Origin: Desulfatiglandales bacterium
GTDB taxonomy: Bacteria > Desulfobacterota > DSM-4660 > Desulfatiglandales > HGW-15
Direction: 5' to 3'
Length of the DNA stretch: 64,000 nucleotides
Assembly (NCBI GenBank): GCA_963667015.2
Contig: CAXXJJ010000001.1
Span: forward strand, 1,248,001-1,312,000
Shown here: in pieces, positions 61,082 through 64,000 of the stretch
Layout of the letters: every line of letters begins with the position of its first letter
Position numbering within the stretch: the first letter of the stretch is position 1
Notes under the pieces: model-generated
The model's database searches: none
The model's input: the letters and a program-made list of their open reading frames with translations, nothing else
Told to the model about the DNA's origin: nothing
Program-made: the position numbers and the translations under genes

Positions 61082-62218
61082 CTACTTACTATCCACCTTT
61101 TTGCATGTTTCAGGTATCATCACCGTAAAACAGGACCCATGACCTGGGGTGCTTTTTACAACTATTTTCCCGCCATGCTGCTCTACTATTTTATTGGCGA
61201 TAAAAAGCCCCAGTCCCGTACCTTTATTGCCTTTGGTAGAGAAGAATGGTGTAAATATTTTTTCCAGCGCCGTCAGTTCAATCCCTATTCCATCATCCGT
61301 GATTTCAAAAATGATATAGTTGTTTTGTTGCTTTATCATAAAGATGACTTTGTGTGTTTTTCTTGATTTATCCTTCATACAGGCATCAATAGCATTCTCA
61401 AGGATAGTAACCAGGGCAGAGTGCATGTGTTCATCATCAAATTCACATGTTCCGATGTTTGAATCGAAATCCTTTATTAGTTCGATGTGCTGGCCTTCAA
61501 TTTTGGGTTCAATAACTCTAAATACTTCATCCCCGAACCGTGAAATGTCGACCTGCCTGAAATTAAGACCTCTCTCCTTGGCATAATAAATGATATCAAG
61601 AATCATTTTTCGTAAGCGCCCAACTGTTATTTTCAGTATGCCCAAACCTTTTTCGATCTTCTCCTGATCCTTGCCTGCAACGCCTGAATCCAGTTTGTAA
61701 ATCCCGGCATCCAAACCGGTTAATAATCCCTTGGCACCATGGGATATTGAGCTGATCATCAGACCAAGTGATGCCAGGTGATCCTGCAGTTCGGTTTTTT
61801 CACGTACTAACCTTTCAAGATTCTCCGTGTAATCACTTAACTGTTTCCTGGTAATTATATTGTCTTCTGCCCTTTTAAGGGCGATCTTCAGTGCATCAAG
61901 GTTTATTGGTTTTGCAACAAAGTCGGTCGCTTCATACTTAAGACTTTTTATGGCCAGGTCCATATCCCCATGGCCGGTAATCATGATGATTTCAGTGTCA
62001 GGTGCCTCGCGCTTGATTTTTTGCAGAAGCTCAATGCCGTCCATACCCGGCATTTTTATATCGGTTAACACTATCTGCGGACGGGAGACTCTAAAGATTT
62101 GCAGGGCTTCATTTCCATTTTCTGCATCCATAACTTCATATCCCATGGCTGACAGAGACAGTTGCAGCATGTCACGAATGTCTTTTTCATCATCTACGAG
62201 CAGTATTTTATTTTTCAT
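61082..62218 (-). CDS. Receiver-histidine kinase hybrid
   Basis: LLVDDE, TDIKMPG, ITGHG, KP; SH, NAIDA, DDGIG, FFSTK, GTGLGL. Confidence 0.92.
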   Translation of the reverse strand: MKNKILLVDDEKDIRDMLQLSLSAMGYEVMDAENGNEALQIFRVSRPQIVLTDIKMPGMDGIELLQKIKREAPDTEIIMITGHGDMDLAIKSLKYEATDFVAKPINLDALKIALKRAEDNIITRKQLSDYTENLERLVREKTELQDHLASLGLMISSISHGAKGLLTGLDAGIYKLDSGVAGKDQEKIEKGLGILKITVGRLRKMILDIIYYAKERGLNFRQVDISRFGDEVFRVIEPKIEGQHIELIKDFDSNIGTCEFDDEHMHSALVTILENAIDACMKDKSRKTHKVIFMIKQQNNYIIFEITDDGIGIELTALEKIFTPFFSTKGNKGTGLGLFIANKIVEQHGGKIVVKSTPGHGSCFTVMIPETCKKVDSK

Positions 62219-63842
62219 TATTTTTAGTCTTCTTCGAAGATAGAGGGAATTCCATTGTCAGGCATGTGCCTTCAGGATAATTGGTTTCAGCATGTATATT
62301 CCCTCCAAATTCTTTTACAATTCCATAGGTAATAGACAGGCCTAATCCCATACCTTCGATTTCCTTGGTCGTGAAAAACGGTTCAAATATTTTATCTTTT
62401 AATTTTTCAGGGATACCGATTCCTGTATCACATACCTGGCATATAACCTTTTCTCCTTCTAATTTTGTTTTGACAGTAATCTTCTTTTCACCTTTAAGGG
62501 GTTTTTGGTTGGCCCATCTTTCCTCGATGGCGTCCCTCGCATTCAGAAAAAGATTTATAAAGACCTGCTCCAGACGGCCCGGATCTGCATCTATTTTGGG
62601 TAAATCATTTTCAAGTTCCCAGACTGTTTCTATTTCCCGTAATTTCATCTGCTGAATGAAAAATTCAAAGGCCTTTTCTATTACCTCATTAATCTGGACT
62701 TTTCCGATATCCATACTGGATTTTCGGGCAAATTCCCGCATGTTATTGATGATCCTGGTTGCCCTGTCAATATTTCTGTCCATTTTTTCAATGACTTCAA
62801 AAAGAGTGCCTTCATCGATGGTTTCCTTTTGTTCTGCCTTCATGGTGAAAAAGCCGCATGCGGTTTTGATTACCGAAAGAGGCTGGTTGAGCTCATGGGC
62901 CATTGCCGAGGCCATTTCGCCAAGGGTTCCCATTTTACTTGCCTGGATCAACTGCTGCTCGGTTTCGAGTCTTTTAGTGATATCACTGGTTGTAACCAGA
63001 AGTATCTTTCTCAGGGGGTATCCTGTCAGTGAGGCCCTGATATTGACAAAAATATTATCTCCTGAGCTGGTAATATGTCGTACACGGGTAAGCACAGCTT
63101 CCTTTTTGAGTGATTCCGTGTATTGCTTTCTCTCTTCTTGCTGAAACAGGTTCAGGAATGATTTATGTATTATCTCTTCTTTTTTATATCCGTATACAGA
63201 TTCAACGCTAGCATTGCAGTCAAGTATTTCGAGAGTATCATAATCAAGTACAAAAACCGAATTCGGGATGCTGTTAAAAATTTCCTGATATTTTTGTTCG
63301 GATATTTCAAGCTTCTTTTCAAGTTTTCGCTTTTCGGTAATATCGAGACTTATCTCCATTGTTGCAATAATTTCACCGGAAGCGTTTCTGATAGGGGATG
63401 TGCGTAAAATCCAGTGAGACATTTTTCCATTTTTATCCAGGCCGGTCTCTTCGCCTTTATGAACCATGCCATCCTCAAATGTCTTTTCAACAAGACAGTT
63501 TACGCATTTCTCATCTCTCCCCTTATAGGCGCTATAGCAGAATTCCCCGGGTTTTGGTTCAAACTGATTTGCGAATTCATTATTAAAATTCAGTAGCCTG
63601 AAATTTTTATCCTGGACTGTAATAAGACAGGGGACCTGGGCAAAAAGGATTTTAAATTCATCTCTCTGCTGCTGAAGTTCTGCCCGATCCCGGCTGATTG
63701 TTTTGGCCATCTGGTTAATGGACTGTGCAAGTTCTTCCAGTTCTTTATCACCCTGGACAGAGATCTCTGAAAATTTATCTCCACGGGTAATGGATTGAAT
63801 GCCCCTAATTATTGAATCAAAATGTTTCAGGCGGGTTTTCAT
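62208..63842 (-). CDS. HAMP-PAS-PAS sensor histidine kinase
   Basis: AHELNQPL, QVF.NL..NARDA, DTGIG, FEPFFTTK, GLGLSI. Confidence 0.92.
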   Translation of the reverse strand: MKTRLKHFDSIIRGIQSITRGDKFSEISVQGDKELEELAQSINQMAKTISRDRAELQQQRDEFKILFAQVPCLITVQDKNFRLLNFNNEFANQFEPKPGEFCYSAYKGRDEKCVNCLVEKTFEDGMVHKGEETGLDKNGKMSHWILRTSPIRNASGEIIATMEISLDITEKRKLEKKLEISEQKYQEIFNSIPNSVFVLDYDTLEILDCNASVESVYGYKKEEIIHKSFLNLFQQEERKQYTESLKKEAVLTRVRHITSSGDNIFVNIRASLTGYPLRKILLVTTSDITKRLETEQQLIQASKMGTLGEMASAMAHELNQPLSVIKTACGFFTMKAEQKETIDEGTLFEVIEKMDRNIDRATRIINNMREFARKSSMDIGKVQINEVIEKAFEFFIQQMKLREIETVWELENDLPKIDADPGRLEQVFINLFLNARDAIEERWANQKPLKGEKKITVKTKLEGEKVICQVCDTGIGIPEKLKDKIFEPFFTTKEIEGMGLGLSITYGIVKEFGGNIHAETNYPEGTCLTMEFPLSSKKTKNNEK

Positions 63843-63856
63843 AAAGATTCTCCAGT

Positions 63857-64000
63857 TTACTGTGTCCCGGTTTTATTGAGCTTTTCACGAAAAGCACCGG
63901 TAATGGCCAGATTCAGATCCAGTCGCAGATCCTTTTCAGATAACCCGATAGCTAATCCTAAAAGTTGAGGCAGGTATAATATACTGATTCTTAGATCCTT
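63857..64000 (-). CDS. C-terminal fragment of an HdrB-like protein (runs off the window)
   Basis: VLYLPQLLGLAIGLSEKDL..; frame is broken near the window edge. Confidence 0.45.
   Translation of the reverse strand, partial: KDLRISILYLPQLLGLAIGLSEKDLRLDLNLAITGAFREKLNKTGTQ

Overview
Bacterial chromosomal window, most likely from an anaerobic Desulfobacterota member (inferred from tmcABCD, metVF-hdr-mvhD, selB, cytochrome c3 and a Rex box). Left end: the tail of a type III CRISPR-Cas locus (csx20, CARF-HEPN nuclease, cas1, two cas2, leader, 10-spacer array). Housekeeping blocks (lepB, map, selB, dgkA, lepA, hemW, uup, slyD, glk, dnaJ) alternate with two accessory regions. Region A (19.2-28.2 kb) holds a Pol-beta nucleotidyltransferase pair, an IetAS ATPase-protease pair and the most striking feature: an operon in which a Tyr/Leu-rich 25-aa leader peptide and a multi-hairpin attenuator sit directly upstream of tRNA-Tyr(GUA), tRNA-Leu(UAA), a SEC-C protein, RtcB2 and PrfH. 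This looks like a sensor that switches on replacement tRNAs and RNA repair/ribosome rescue when those same tRNAs fail. Region B (51.5-61 kb) holds a diverged dnaJ 5' duplication bracketing an integrase-less integron cassette array, a frameshifted NACHT protein and an AbiE-like pair. An HdrD-like gene split in the ORF track is one selenoprotein (UGA plus SECIS hairpin). Several single-base homopolymer frameshifts may be assembly errors. All family assignments come from motif recognition by eye; no searches were run.
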